Positions 1 through 9,250 are shown, numbered from the stretch's first letter. The stretch is 64,000 nt of DNA from Actinomycetota bacterium (GCA_016213645.1 JACQZY010000001.1:15050-79049), one strand, 5' to 3'. Made by a program: numbers and translations. Notes: generated by a model not told the origin, from the sequence alone.

Positions 1-226
1 CGGTTGACTTGTCGAACTTGAGCTTGATCTCCTTACTCGCCGGAGCGCTGCCGTTGGTGTGGCCGCGCGAGCGGCCGCCGGAGCTGGGCTTCTTCCTGCG
101 GATGGTGGACGGCGCGGTCAGTTGCTTAACGGTCACGGAAGCGTCGGCGACAGGCCGGTCTGTCAGGTCACGCACGTCAACCCGAAGCCAGCCCGCGCGC
201 GCCGCGAGAGGGGTCTTGGAAGGCAT
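1..226 (-). CDS. hypothetical protein, N-terminal part only (gene runs off the left edge)
   Basis: ATG at 226 lies 6 nt after AAGGAG (233-238 on the minus strand). The frame is open to base 1 (MPSKTPLAARAGWLRVDVRDLTDRPVADASVTV...). It is absent from the ORF track only because it has no stop inside the window. Confidence 0.5.
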   Translation of the reverse strand, partial: MPSKTPLAARAGWLRVDVRDLTDRPVADASVTVKQLTAPSTIRRKKPSSGGRSRGHTNGSAPASKEIKLKFDKST

Positions 227-440
227 TTGATTCTCCTTGGCGGAATAGGGAGATACGGAGATTTTGGGGCGGCGCCCGATGCCGAACCGGGAGTCGCAAA
301 ACGAGCTTTCTCGGTTATACGCTGAATCGGGTTGGGATGCGGCGCGGCTCGGAGGCGGGAGCTTTCGGCGGCGAGGAGTGGACTCGTTCTTACCTCGGAG
401 TACCGGGTAACGCGAGTATCTGGCGGGCGGTTGCTGCCCG

Positions 441-2045
441 TCAGCGCACGATCTTGAAACGCGCCCGAACCGCGGCTCCGGCGTTGCCCACCGTGTCTGT
501 GGGCGTGGCAACCAACTGGTAATTGCCGGGCTTGAGCTTGCGGCCGCTCAGTCGGCCGGTGAATTTAAAGGTGTTGGTGCCCGACCCGCCCGCCGCGCTG
601 AAGCTGCCGGGGAGTGCGCTGGTGATCGTGCAGCGTTTGCCGCGTTTGCGCTTGGCTCTGCATTTGGCGCCGGAACGGCGGCCCTTTGTCAGGCGCTCCA
701 CCGTGAAGATGACGCTCGCGGATTCAGAGAGCGTGAAGCCGACCCTTGCACCCAGTGGGGCGCGCTTTCGCGACGAAACCGCACTGTCGCCGGAGCGGCG
801 CGACCGGAATCTTCGCGGGCTGAGCTTGAGCAAAGTGAGAACGGGCGCGATCTCATCGACGTACTGAAACGCACCGATGTCGCAGCCGCCCGCGCGCGGC
901 TTGCCACGCTGGTCGGTGGCCGGGCAGGTTGCTGCATTCGCCGCGTGGATCGCCGGACTACCGAACGGCAATGCCAGCGTCTGAGTGGAGCCGCCGTTGT
1001 TTGTCAGCGGTTCGAGCAGCGGGTTGGTGTTGGGCAGATCACCGGCCGCGTTGAAGGTGCAGGTGTCGACGTCTTCAAGGTTGTGGCCCAGCGACATCGT
1101 TAGACCGCCGCCGAAGCGCCCGCAGTTCTGCGTGCCCGGCGGCCCGGTATTTCCCGAAACGATCGAGTTCTCAAACCTGTAAGTCGTGCTGCCGTCGGCG
1201 TGTACGCCGCCGCCGTTGCCGGCGCTGTTACCGGCGATCGTGGAGTTACGCACAACGATCAGCGCACCGCCGTCGATGCCGCCGCCGGTGTCGGGGGTCG
1301 CGTTGCCCGAGACCGTGGAGTTGACGATCGTGACCGAGTCCTGGTTGTAGATCCCGCCGCCGCCGTCCGTGGACCCAGCCGTGGAATTGCCGCTGATCGT
1401 GCTGTTCTGAATATTTAGCGGCGCGGGGGCGCCGGTGTAGATGCCACCGCCCTCGCCACCGGTGACCGTGTTGTTGCTGACCGTCGTGCGATCGAGATTG
1501 AGGGCGCCTTGGATGAAGTAGACACCGCCGCCACCGCCGGAGGCCGAGGGGATTACGTTGTCGGTGATCGTGCTGTCGGCGATCGAGAGCGTGCCGTCGT
1601 TTTGCCTGATGCCCGCGCCCTGAACCACGCCACCACCACCACTGATCGTCACGCCCGCGATCGACGAGACAGCAGACGGATTGCCGAGATGGAAATCGAA
1701 GACGCGATCGGCCCGACCGTCGGCCTGAATGATCGTCGTTGCCGCTCCGGCTCCGGTGATCGTCGTGCTTTGAAACACGTCAAGGTCGCCGGACATGTTG
1801 AGATCGTCGCCCGGGGTGTTGATCGTCAACGTGTAAGTGCCCGCCGGAATATTGATCGTGCTGCCGGGCGCGCCGTTGGCGTGCTGGACGGCCTCGCGCA
1901 GCGAGCAGTCGTTCGGCGCGGCCGTGCAGGCGCCGGCGAAGGTGTCGGCGGTGCGGTCGACGTCAAAGGTCGCGGCGGCGGCCAGCGGGGGAGCTGCCAG
2001 AGCGAAGGCGGCGGCCGAGGCGATCAATAGTGAGTAGCTGCGCAT
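441..2045 (-). CDS. secreted right-handed beta-helix repeat protein (choice-of-anchor-Q-like) with a C-terminal Ig-like domain
   Basis: Signal peptide MRSYSLLIASAAAFALAAPPLAAAA starts at the second Met. CSLREAV motif, then many G-G-G-I/V...N-S-T-I/V-S-G-N beta-helix turns. Confidence 0.7.
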   Translation of the reverse strand: MRSYSLLIASAAAFALAAPPLAAAATFDVDRTADTFAGACTAAPNDCSLREAVQHANGAPGSTINIPAGTYTLTINTPGDDLNMSGDLDVFQSTTITGAGAATTIIQADGRADRVFDFHLGNPSAVSSIAGVTISGGGGVVQGAGIRQNDGTLSIADSTITDNVIPSASGGGGGVYFIQGALNLDRTTVSNNTVTGGEGGGIYTGAPAPLNIQNSTISGNSTAGSTDGGGGIYNQDSVTIVNSTVSGNATPDTGGGIDGGALIVVRNSTIAGNSAGNGGGVHADGSTTYRFENSIVSGNTGPPGTQNCGRFGGGLTMSLGHNLEDVDTCTFNAAGDLPNTNPLLEPLTNNGGSTQTLALPFGSPAIHAANAATCPATDQRGKPRAGGCDIGAFQYVDEIAPVLTLLKLSPRRFRSRRSGDSAVSSRKRAPLGARVGFTLSESASVIFTVERLTKGRRSGAKCRAKRKRGKRCTITSALPGSFSAAGGSGTNTFKFTGRLSGRKLKPGNYQLVATPTDTVGNAGAAVRARFKIVR

Positions 2046-2144
2046 AGGGGGAGTTTGCCACAACCTCTCCCAGAACCGCTTCAGCTCGGCCGCGCAACCG
2101 CTTCTCCTGCTTCTGCGCCCCGGTGCAATTCGTCGCGCCTTGGC

Positions 2145-2891
2145 TCAACCGATCGACTGCCCCAAACGCACCGCCGCTCGACGAACGTCAACGAGCGCCT
2201 CTTCAACATTGGTCGCCAAGCCAGACTGAGCAAGTTGCACCGCCGCACGGCGGGCATGATCGTTGCCGTGGGACGAGAATTCATCGATCACCGCCCTACA
2301 GGAGCTCCGCACTGCAAAAGGAGACGCCGTCATCGCAGCGGCGATGTCCAATCCGGCGTAACGCATCAGCAAATGCGCATCGGCGAAGTCTCGCTCGATG
2401 GAAATGCCTCGAACATCGACTCGACCAAACGCCCGTTGCTTGAGTCCCAGCAGGGACGCCGGATCCACGCAATAGAACCGCGTGACATCGGGTTCGTCCA
2501 AGAAGGCGACGGGCACACGCCCTTCGAGGAAAGGCTCTATCCCGGGCTGTACCGGAATTCGCCGGAGCGCACCGCGCTTGAACGGCGTGAAGCCACTGAT
2601 CAATTGAATCTTCGATTTTTCTCCGACCCAGGTGAATCCGGCTTCACCCGCTGCTTCGCTCGGCGAAAGCCGGGCGGCCTCAAGTGCGCCGATGATCCTA
2701 CGCACATTCCACTCTGCCTCGGTTCCACCCGGTAGCGCAAAATCAACGTCCAGAGTCGGCGACACCAGGGACGCCTCACCGCTGATCGCGATCTGCACCG
2801 CCGTCGCTCCAATCGCCGTGACTTGATCTCGAACAGACGCGATCGAAGCGGCGGCTTCCCGCATCATCGGCGTCGGCACGATCACCCTCAA
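2145..2891 (-). CDS. nucleotidyltransferase-fold protein (AbiEii/MNT-like toxin candidate)
   Basis: IAISGEASL...LDVDFAL looks like a minimal NTase G-x-x / D-x-D signature. The TTG start overlaps the upstream stop (cTTTGA). Confidence 0.45.
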   Translation of the reverse strand: MRVIVPTPMMREAAASIASVRDQVTAIGATAVQIAISGEASLVSPTLDVDFALPGGTEAEWNVRRIIGALEAARLSPSEAAGEAGFTWVGEKSKIQLISGFTPFKRGALRRIPVQPGIEPFLEGRVPVAFLDEPDVTRFYCVDPASLLGLKQRAFGRVDVRGISIERDFADAHLLMRYAGLDIAAAMTASPFAVRSSCRAVIDEFSSHGNDHARRAAVQLAQSGLATNVEEALVDVRRAAVRLGQSIG

Positions 2892-4021
2892 AGCTTCATC
2901 GCCCGCATCACAGCTTCGGCGGCGTCAAGCGCGCGCTCGCCCTCTCGATTGCAATCCAGGTAGATCTGCGAACGATCGGCAACAGGCACGTCGTTAGTTT
3001 CATCGAGAACTCGCCGAACCCCCGGATATCCGCCGACGCTCTCACCCCGAACATAGTCACGCGCTTGATCGAGGGGACCGTAGAGGCTTCCTCTCGGACT
3101 GCGTCGATCGGCGAGCGCAAGAATCCATGGATCGTCCGCGAGCGCGAGTCTCACGGTAGCCTGAGCACGCGGCACTTCGACCGCTGCCAGCGAATCGATC
3201 CATTGATCGATCTGGTCTGCTCGAATCCACACAAATAGATCCGCCGGCTCCACCACCGGTGCGATGGCGGCGGCCCCGTTCAATCCACCAAGCATCCATT
3301 CGAGCGGGCCGCCCTTCGCGTCAGCTGCCGAGCGAACCAGCGCCAGCGCCTCGGCGACATCGGAGGTTCCGGCGTCGAGATTCACGATTCGCAGGTTTTT
3401 CCGACGCCAGTATTCCGACCACTGAGTGAGCAGTCGCGCACCGTCGACGAGCTTCACACGCTTCGACCGGCGGTCATTCTGATCGACCGTCGAGTCGACA
3501 AAACCCAGCAAACGCAGGGCTCCAACCGACCTGGACACCGTCGACTCGGTCAGCACAAGTTCATCGGCCAACCGAGAGACAGTCGTCGACTCGCCGGGGT
3601 TGTTGAGCAACCAGCGGGTGACTCGGCTGCCTCGTTTCGATAGGTGGTTTAGCTCGGCGTTTTTCGCGCGCGCCGGCGTACGGAGCACCTTGCCGCGATC
3701 GGGCCGCTCGACGTACAGCGGAGGGGCGTCGATCAACATCCCGCCCGAATCGCTTTTCCACGAAACTCTCCGGCGACGCATCTCGCGGAGCGCCAGCGGA
3801 GACGCTCTCTCGAACGACACCAGCACCCGCTCGCCCGACTCAACGCGCGGAAGGACGTCTTCGATCCACGCACGATCCGTGAGAGTCGCTACTCGGACCT
3901 TCCGAAATCGAGCAACTTCGTCTGCTCCGTCAATCGACACCTCCACTACGGCGCCACGGGTTCGAGTTTTCACGGGATCGTTCATTACTTGCATATTAGC
4001 GATAGTTGCGTGAATGCGCAA
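2888..4021 (-). CDS. winged-helix DNA-binding protein (AbiEi-like antitoxin/regulator candidate)
   Basis: MarR/wHTH-like segment STTVSRLADELVLTESTVSRSVGALRLLGFV. It is translationally coupled to the NTase gene. The start is uncertain: TTG 4021, or ATG 3994 or 3985. Confidence 0.45.
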   Translation of the reverse strand: MRIHATIANMQVMNDPVKTRTRGAVVEVSIDGADEVARFRKVRVATLTDRAWIEDVLPRVESGERVLVSFERASPLALREMRRRRVSWKSDSGGMLIDAPPLYVERPDRGKVLRTPARAKNAELNHLSKRGSRVTRWLLNNPGESTTVSRLADELVLTESTVSRSVGALRLLGFVDSTVDQNDRRSKRVKLVDGARLLTQWSEYWRRKNLRIVNLDAGTSDVAEALALVRSAADAKGGPLEWMLGGLNGAAAIAPVVEPADLFVWIRADQIDQWIDSLAAVEVPRAQATVRLALADDPWILALADRRSPRGSLYGPLDQARDYVRGESVGGYPGVRRVLDETNDVPVADRSQIYLDCNREGERALDAAEAVMRAMKL

Positions 4022-4100
4022 GTATCACGAATATGTATGTATTGTTGCCATTGCACATAACCGGATTTCATCTAGCTGGACGTTCGACAAGTTCCATTGG
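3986..4100 (-). promoter_or_regulatory. AT-rich promoter/operator region of the wHTH-NTase operon
   Basis: GC content drops sharply here. Palindrome TTGCG-N6-CGCAA at 4006-4021 is nested in ACTTGC...GCAAGT (3987-4023) and overlaps the candidate start codons. Confidence 0.35.
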
Positions 4101-4234
4101 TGAGACCCTTCGACTATTACACTTCTTCGCCAACTGTCGAGAGGCACTGGCTTCGGCCGGTTACCGAGCGATGCTGTCGCACGCCGAAGAGAAATCTCAG
4201 TGAAGTTCTGCGTCGCTTTAGCGCGGCACAGGCT

Positions 4235-5566
4235 CTAACCAAGCCCCTTCAGCCGTTCCGCCAGATCGCTCGCCGCTACGAAAACGTGCGGCCGTCCGGC
4301 GCCGTGCCTTTCCAGCAAGTCCATTCCGACCAGAAACGAGAGATCGTTACGGGCGGTTTCGTGTGTCACTCCGTAACTTGTCGCGTGAGACCGGAACGTG
4401 TAGCGAGTATCAGGCGAGCGCATCGCCTCGCCCAGCAATGCGATTTGGCGATGATTCAGTCCAGGCGTGCCCTTTAGCAACGGCTCGACGTCACGCACTT
4501 CTTTGGCCTTACGACGCAGGTAGTCGTGAAGCTTGTCGACTGCGCGGCGGATCACCTTCAGCTGAAAGACGATGAAGTACGTGAGGTCGCCTTCATCCGT
4601 TTCGCTCAACAGAAATGCTCGCGTGTATTTGGCCGGCCCCGTTCGCAGGATGTTTGAAATCGTCAGGTACTCCGTCAGCCAATATCCACGCGTACGCATG
4701 TACCAGTAAAAGAGCGCCCGTGCCGTGCGCCCGTTGCCGTCCGCAAACGGATGGTCGTAGGCCAGCCAGAAGTGCAGCAGGATCGCACGAATGACGGGAT
4801 GGATGAACTGCTTCTCGTCATCATCGTTTGCGAAATCACACATCGCCCTCAGCCGGGTGGGAAGTTGCTCCGCCTTCGGAGGTTTGTGAATCAACGTGTT
4901 GTCCAACCGATCGAAGACCGCCACCCGTTCGTCGTCCGGCGTCTGCAGTCGCCCGGCTTCGTCGGGATCGTCCAACGTGCCGTCCGTAAGAATCCGCTGA
5001 AGTTCAAGCACCGCCTCGGGTGTGAGCACGTCACCGATTTGTTCGCGCATGAAATTCAGCGCGCGGTAGTTGTTCAGGATCATGCGTTCGCTTCGATCTC
5101 TCGGCGACCGGCCGGTCTGAAGAAGATCCTTGGCCACTCGACGCGACGTAGTCGCGCCTTCGAGCTGGCTCGAACGGATCGCCTCCTCCATCAACGAATT
5201 GACCAGGTAGTGCTGCCGCGCGCCTTCGTCGGCCGTCATCACCTCGGGCATCGCAATCTCACCTGCGCAGCGCTGGTCTATGTGGTGCAGTAACCGCTGG
5301 ACAATGTCTGGCGTCGAGTACGTGAATTCGTTCCCCTTCGCATCGGCGAGCGGAACGCCACGACACATCGGTTGCCGGGAGAGCTTGATGCCCAACCACC
5401 ACTCCTCGTGGGACAGATCATCCGGCGGTTCGAGGTACCGAAGCTTGTCCCAGTGAACGTAGTTCGGACCGGGCTCCAAGCTGCGGGCACGAAGAATCAT
5501 CCGCAGTCGCTGCGGACTGATCGCGGCCAGTAAGTCGCCGGTATCTGGGGGCGTCTCTACGTACAT
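4235..5566 (-). CDS. Fic family protein (class II, N-terminal inhibitory helix), C-terminal wHTH
   Basis: Fic motif HPFADGNGRTARAL. Upstream inhibitory motif SSQLEG fits [ST]xxxE[GN]. I prefer the start at ATG 5566 (MYVETPP...), because ORF codons 1-11 lie inside the repeat array. Confidence 0.85.
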   Translation of the reverse strand: MYVETPPDTGDLLAAISPQRLRMILRARSLEPGPNYVHWDKLRYLEPPDDLSHEEWWLGIKLSRQPMCRGVPLADAKGNEFTYSTPDIVQRLLHHIDQRCAGEIAMPEVMTADEGARQHYLVNSLMEEAIRSSQLEGATTSRRVAKDLLQTGRSPRDRSERMILNNYRALNFMREQIGDVLTPEAVLELQRILTDGTLDDPDEAGRLQTPDDERVAVFDRLDNTLIHKPPKAEQLPTRLRAMCDFANDDDEKQFIHPVIRAILLHFWLAYDHPFADGNGRTARALFYWYMRTRGYWLTEYLTISNILRTGPAKYTRAFLLSETDEGDLTYFIVFQLKVIRRAVDKLHDYLRRKAKEVRDVEPLLKGTPGLNHRQIALLGEAMRSPDTRYTFRSHATSYGVTHETARNDLSFLVGMDLLERHGAGRPHVFVAASDLAERLKGLG

Positions 5567-5573
5567 CGATCGA

Positions 5574-5653
5574 TTCCAACCGATTCCAAATAACTCCAAT
5601 CTCTTGGATTCATTCTACTCCAAATCTTTGGAGAAATTTGGAATGTTTTGGAA
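5574..5653. promoter_or_regulatory. array of TCCAA / TTGGA pentamers in the divergent Fic-helicase promoter region
   Basis: TCCAA at 5575, 5585, 5595 and 5619. TTGGA at 5604, 5628, 5638 and 5648. These form two TCCAA-N4-TTGGA palindromes plus direct repeats (cgaTTCCAA x2, TTTGGAA x2) in an AT-rich patch. Confidence 0.5.
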
Positions 5654-5796
5654 ACGTCGTGGCCGGTGCAAGGAACACGACGGTCAGGTAACACGACGAC
5701 GGTTTTTGAATCTCCAGATTCTGTCCGGCCGCGCATGTGAAGTTCCTCGAACCGATATCTCACACCAGAAATCGAGCAACAAGCAGGAGCTAACCC

Positions 5797-7089
5797 TTGA
5801 GCGAATCGCAGGCGGCCGTCGTCGCCAAACTGAACCAAACCACCGACAACGTCTTCGTCAGCGGCGAAGCCGGCACCGGAAAGTCGGTCGTTCTGCGCGA
5901 CTTCGTCAACACGACAAGCAAGAAGGTCGTCGTCTGTGCACCTACGGGATTGGCGGCCAACCACGTGGACGGCGTCACGATCCATTCGCTCTTTCGCCTT
6001 CCGCTCAATGATCACTTCATCGACTACTCGCCCAATCCCGACCCAGAAGCGGACAAAGTCCTCGCCGGTGCCGACACGGTCGTAATCGACGAGGCCTCGA
6101 TGGTTCGGGCCGACATGCTCGACGCAATCGACTCGCGCTTACGTCTGGCGCGCGAAGACGCGCGACCGTTCGGCGGCGCGCAGATGATCCTCTTCGGAGA
6201 CCTGCTTCAACTGCCGCCGGTGACCAACGGCAACAACATGAATCTGCTTCGAAAGAAGTACGAAAGCGAGTTCTTCTTCGACGCCGAAGCAAGCAAGGCC
6301 GCTGAGTTCGTGTCGGTCGAGCTGACCGAGATCCTGCGCCAACAAGAGCCGGATCTCGTTGCCGCGCTCCGGCGCACACGCGTCGGAAAGATTCAGCGCG
6401 CCGATCTGGATTTGCTCAATACGAGAGTCGCCGCCCCGACGCAGATGTTGCCGAGCCCGGTGCTTGCCACAAAAAACACAGTGGTCAATGGGCATAACGA
6501 GCGCGGCTTGGAGGCCCTTCCGGGCGCACCGGTGAAGTTCATTCGAGAATGGCAGCCGCGCGACGGCCTGAAGGCGCCCCAGGAAGCGCCTTGCGAATCG
6601 CAGATCGTGCTGAAGGTCGGATGTCCGGTTCTTTTCACGCGTAACGATTCCGAACTCGGAATCAGCAATGGTATGTCTGGAATCGTCTCAAAGCTCGATG
6701 CCGAAAGCGCGACAGTTCAGTGCGGAAGACAGCTCATCGAAGTCGAACCGGTGAGCTGGCCCGTCAAGGAATATGTTCACGACAGCACGTCCGGCCGTGT
6801 CCGCCTGGTCGAGCAGGGCGAGTTCATTCAGCTGCCACTGCGCCTTGGATTTGCGATGACGATCCATCGATCCCAAGGTCAGACATACGACCGCGCCACG
6901 ATCGACTTCTCACAGGGCCGCCCGTTCGCCGCCGGCCAAGGCTACGTCGCGATCAGTCGGGTCCGGCAGCTTGAGGGTCTCACACTGACGTGTGCGCTAC
7001 AGACAACCGACTTTAAGTGCTCGCGGCGCGCCCTGGCGTTCTTGCGGGATTCGCTTCGAGCGTCGAACGCGCGTTCCAGCCCGCGATGA
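5797..7089 (+). CDS. Pif1/RecD-like superfamily 1 DNA helicase (AAA_30 + UvrD_C_2 type)
   Basis: Walker A GEAGTGKS, Walker B VVIDEASMV, C-terminal AMTIHRSQGQTYD motif. TTG start. Confidence 0.8.
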   Translation: MSESQAAVVAKLNQTTDNVFVSGEAGTGKSVVLRDFVNTTSKKVVVCAPTGLAANHVDGVTIHSLFRLPLNDHFIDYSPNPDPEADKVLAGADTVVIDEASMVRADMLDAIDSRLRLAREDARPFGGAQMILFGDLLQLPPVTNGNNMNLLRKKYESEFFFDAEASKAAEFVSVELTEILRQQEPDLVAALRRTRVGKIQRADLDLLNTRVAAPTQMLPSPVLATKNTVVNGHNERGLEALPGAPVKFIREWQPRDGLKAPQEAPCESQIVLKVGCPVLFTRNDSELGISNGMSGIVSKLDAESATVQCGRQLIEVEPVSWPVKEYVHDSTSGRVRLVEQGEFIQLPLRLGFAMTIHRSQGQTYDRATIDFSQGRPFAAGQGYVAISRVRQLEGLTLTCALQTTDFKCSRRALAFLRDSLRASNARSSPR

Positions 7090-7235
7090 ACTCGCCAAGT
7101 TCTGCCAGGTCGGCCAGGTCGATCATGATGTCCTTCTGGAGGGGCTTGAATCACTCATTGCTCCTTCGTGATAAACATAGTGTTCAAGATGTGAAATCTC
7201 GCAATTTCGAAGTGTGAAATCGGTATACTTCGAAA

Positions 7236-8498
7236 ATGCTCGACTACCGCCCCAGAATCGCCGATGGCGAGCTGCGCGACCGGATGTCCGCCATGGGCGC
7301 GGTTCTGATCGAAGGCCCGAAAGCTTGCGGGAAGACCGAGACCGCGCTTCAACGCGCCGCCGGCACGGTCCGATTTGACACCGATCCGAACGCGAAGGCG
7401 ATGCTCGAACTCAACCCGGATGAGTTGTTCGACAGAGACCTCCCGATCCTGTTTGACGAGTGGCAGCGCGCGCCTGCCATCTGGGATCACGTACGCCGAC
7501 GTGTCGACGAGCAGCGCGCCAGAGGCTTATACATATTGACCGGCTCGGCGACGCCCACCGACTCGCGCGAACTCCATTCCGGAGCCGGACGCATCGGAAC
7601 GCTGAAGATGCGCCCAATGAGCTTGTTCGAGTCTGGTCATTCGACGGGCGAGGTGTCGCTCGCGCGCCTCCTGAAAGGTGATCCTCAAACTGCCGGCACC
7701 GTTGACTTGACCGTCCCAGAGCTTATGGAGCGAATCGTCGTCGGCGGCTGGCCCGCGCTGCTCGAAGATGATGAGCGCTCGGCAACCCGCTGGCTTGCCG
7801 ATTACCTCACCCAGATCATCGAGGTCGACATTCCGAGCCTCGGGATCGCGCGACGGGCGCCCGAGCGCCTGCGTAGGTCGCTCGCATCCTTGGCTCGCTC
7901 GGTCGGTCAACCGGTCAAGCTGACCTCCCTCGCAACCGACATCGCCGGATCCGGGAACAGTCCGCTTGCCGGCAATACGGTCAACGCCTATCTCGATTCT
8001 CTCGACCGCCTGAAACTGACCGACAATTCGCCGTCTTGGCAGCCACACATGCGCTCGCGCACCCGGCTGCGCGCGGCCCCGGCCCGGTACTTCGTCGACC
8101 CGTCGATCGGAACGGCAGCGTTGCGAATCGGAACTCGGGAACTGCTCGCTGATCTGAACGGCGCCGGATTCCATTTTGAGGCACTTGCCATGCGCGATCT
8201 TCGGATCTACGCGCAGCCGACCAGTGGCGAGATCTATTCATGGCGTGAAGCCAACGGCCGCAAAGAAGTAGACGCGATAATCGAGACCCCAGAGGGCTGG
8301 GCCGCCTTCGAGATCAAGCTCACCGGCGATCCGCGCGTGATCGATGACGCCGCAAAGCAACTCCTCGACTTCGCGGAAAACGTCGACCAGACCAAGCACG
8401 GCGCACCCAAGGCACTCTCGGTCATCACGGCAACGGGCGGCGGCGGCTTGCGGCCCGACGGTGTGCACATAGTGCCGATCGCGGCGCTGGGGCCGTAA
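7236..8498 (+). CDS. AAA-family ATPase with a DUF4143-like C-terminal domain
   Basis: Walker A GPKACGKT, Walker B ILFDEWQ. Length and C-terminal WREANGRKEVDAII segment are typical of AAA_14/DUF4143 proteins. Confidence 0.7.
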   Translation: MLDYRPRIADGELRDRMSAMGAVLIEGPKACGKTETALQRAAGTVRFDTDPNAKAMLELNPDELFDRDLPILFDEWQRAPAIWDHVRRRVDEQRARGLYILTGSATPTDSRELHSGAGRIGTLKMRPMSLFESGHSTGEVSLARLLKGDPQTAGTVDLTVPELMERIVVGGWPALLEDDERSATRWLADYLTQIIEVDIPSLGIARRAPERLRRSLASLARSVGQPVKLTSLATDIAGSGNSPLAGNTVNAYLDSLDRLKLTDNSPSWQPHMRSRTRLRAAPARYFVDPSIGTAALRIGTRELLADLNGAGFHFEALAMRDLRIYAQPTSGEIYSWREANGRKEVDAIIETPEGWAAFEIKLTGDPRVIDDAAKQLLDFAENVDQTKHGAPKALSVITATGGGGLRPDGVHIVPIAALGP

Positions 8499-8526
8499 GC
8501 GGCAGCCCCGGAGCGGATTCAAAGAA

Positions 8527-8599
8527 AGCCGACGCCCAGATTCGAACTGGGGACCCCTTCATTACGAGTGAAGTGCTCTACCAACTGAGCTACGTCGGC
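8527..8599 (-). tRNA. tRNA-Thr (anticodon CGU)
   Basis: The reverse complement GCCGACGTAGCTCAGTTGGTAGAGCACTTCACTCGTAATGAAGGGGTCCCCAGTTCGAATCTGGGCGTCGGCT folds as a cloverleaf. Anticodon loop CTCGTAA. CCA is not encoded. Confidence 0.95.
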
Positions 8600-8807
8600 G
8601 TTTGGCAAATGCTAGTCGGCCCGAAGTGGTTGTGCAAGGGGTTTGGTGCAGAAGGCTGCCGGTGTTTGATCCGGCGATTCGGCGGGAGGGTGGTTCGAGT
8701 CGCTGTGTGCGGACCACGGCGCGATCGGCTCGGCGTGCGTTCGCCCCTGCAATCAAGGCTGAGCGATCGAAGATGTTCGACCGACCAATCCGCAAGTGTG
8801 TTGGGGA

Positions 8808-9182
8808 ATGGACACTCCAGACAGACAAGACGGCGCTAAGCCACCCGATCCGACGGCCGGATCGCCCGTGGCTTCGGCGGCCGCCGGCGCCTGGGCGGTT
8901 CGAGCCTCGGTGCTGGCCGTCGTGTCATTCGGCGTGCTGATTCTGTTGTCGCTCGTGGCCGACGTCAACGAGGGCGAGAACAGCGACACCCTCCTTCGAG
9001 ATCTCGCGGGGATCGTGCGATTTGTCGTCGGTCTTCTTTTCGCGATTGGCGGAGTCGGCGCGCTGGGCTTGTCGCTGCGGGCGATGTCCCGCGGAGAGCG
9101 CTCGGTTCGGTTGTTTGTCGCACTTGCGATCGGGTTGATCACGACCGGTTTCTTCGTCGCTGAGTTCACCGTTCTCGAATAA
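8808..9182 (+). CDS. small integral membrane protein (about 4 TM), unknown function
   Basis: Hydrophobic segments VLAVVSFGVLILLSLV, IVRFVVGLLFAIGGVGALGL, LFVALAIGLITTGFFV. Start taken at ATG 8808. Confidence 0.5.
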   Translation: MDTPDRQDGAKPPDPTAGSPVASAAAGAWAVRASVLAVVSFGVLILLSLVADVNEGENSDTLLRDLAGIVRFVVGLLFAIGGVGALGLSLRAMSRGERSVRLFVALAIGLITTGFFVAEFTVLE

Positions 9183-9250
9183 GCCCGCACGGATACTTCG
9201 TTCGTTTGCCGCTCGGCCGTCGGGCCGACCGTGCAGAATCTGTCCCGGAC

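Noticed and set aside
7090-7160. Strong GAAGGAG ribosome-binding site followed by ATG on the minus strand just after the helicase stop
   Set aside because: The ATG opens only an 11-codon frame (MSDSSPSRRTS). The overlapping 37- and 70-codon frames run antisense into the helicase 3' end and look non-protein-like.
2064-8527. Integrase gene or att direct repeat delimiting the tRNA-Thr-adjacent patch
   Set aside because: No recombinase-like ORF is present. Reading the intergenic regions (2064-2145, 4022-4235, 5600-5797, 7090-7236) showed no copy of the tRNA 3' half. This was done by eye only, so a degenerate repeat could have been missed.
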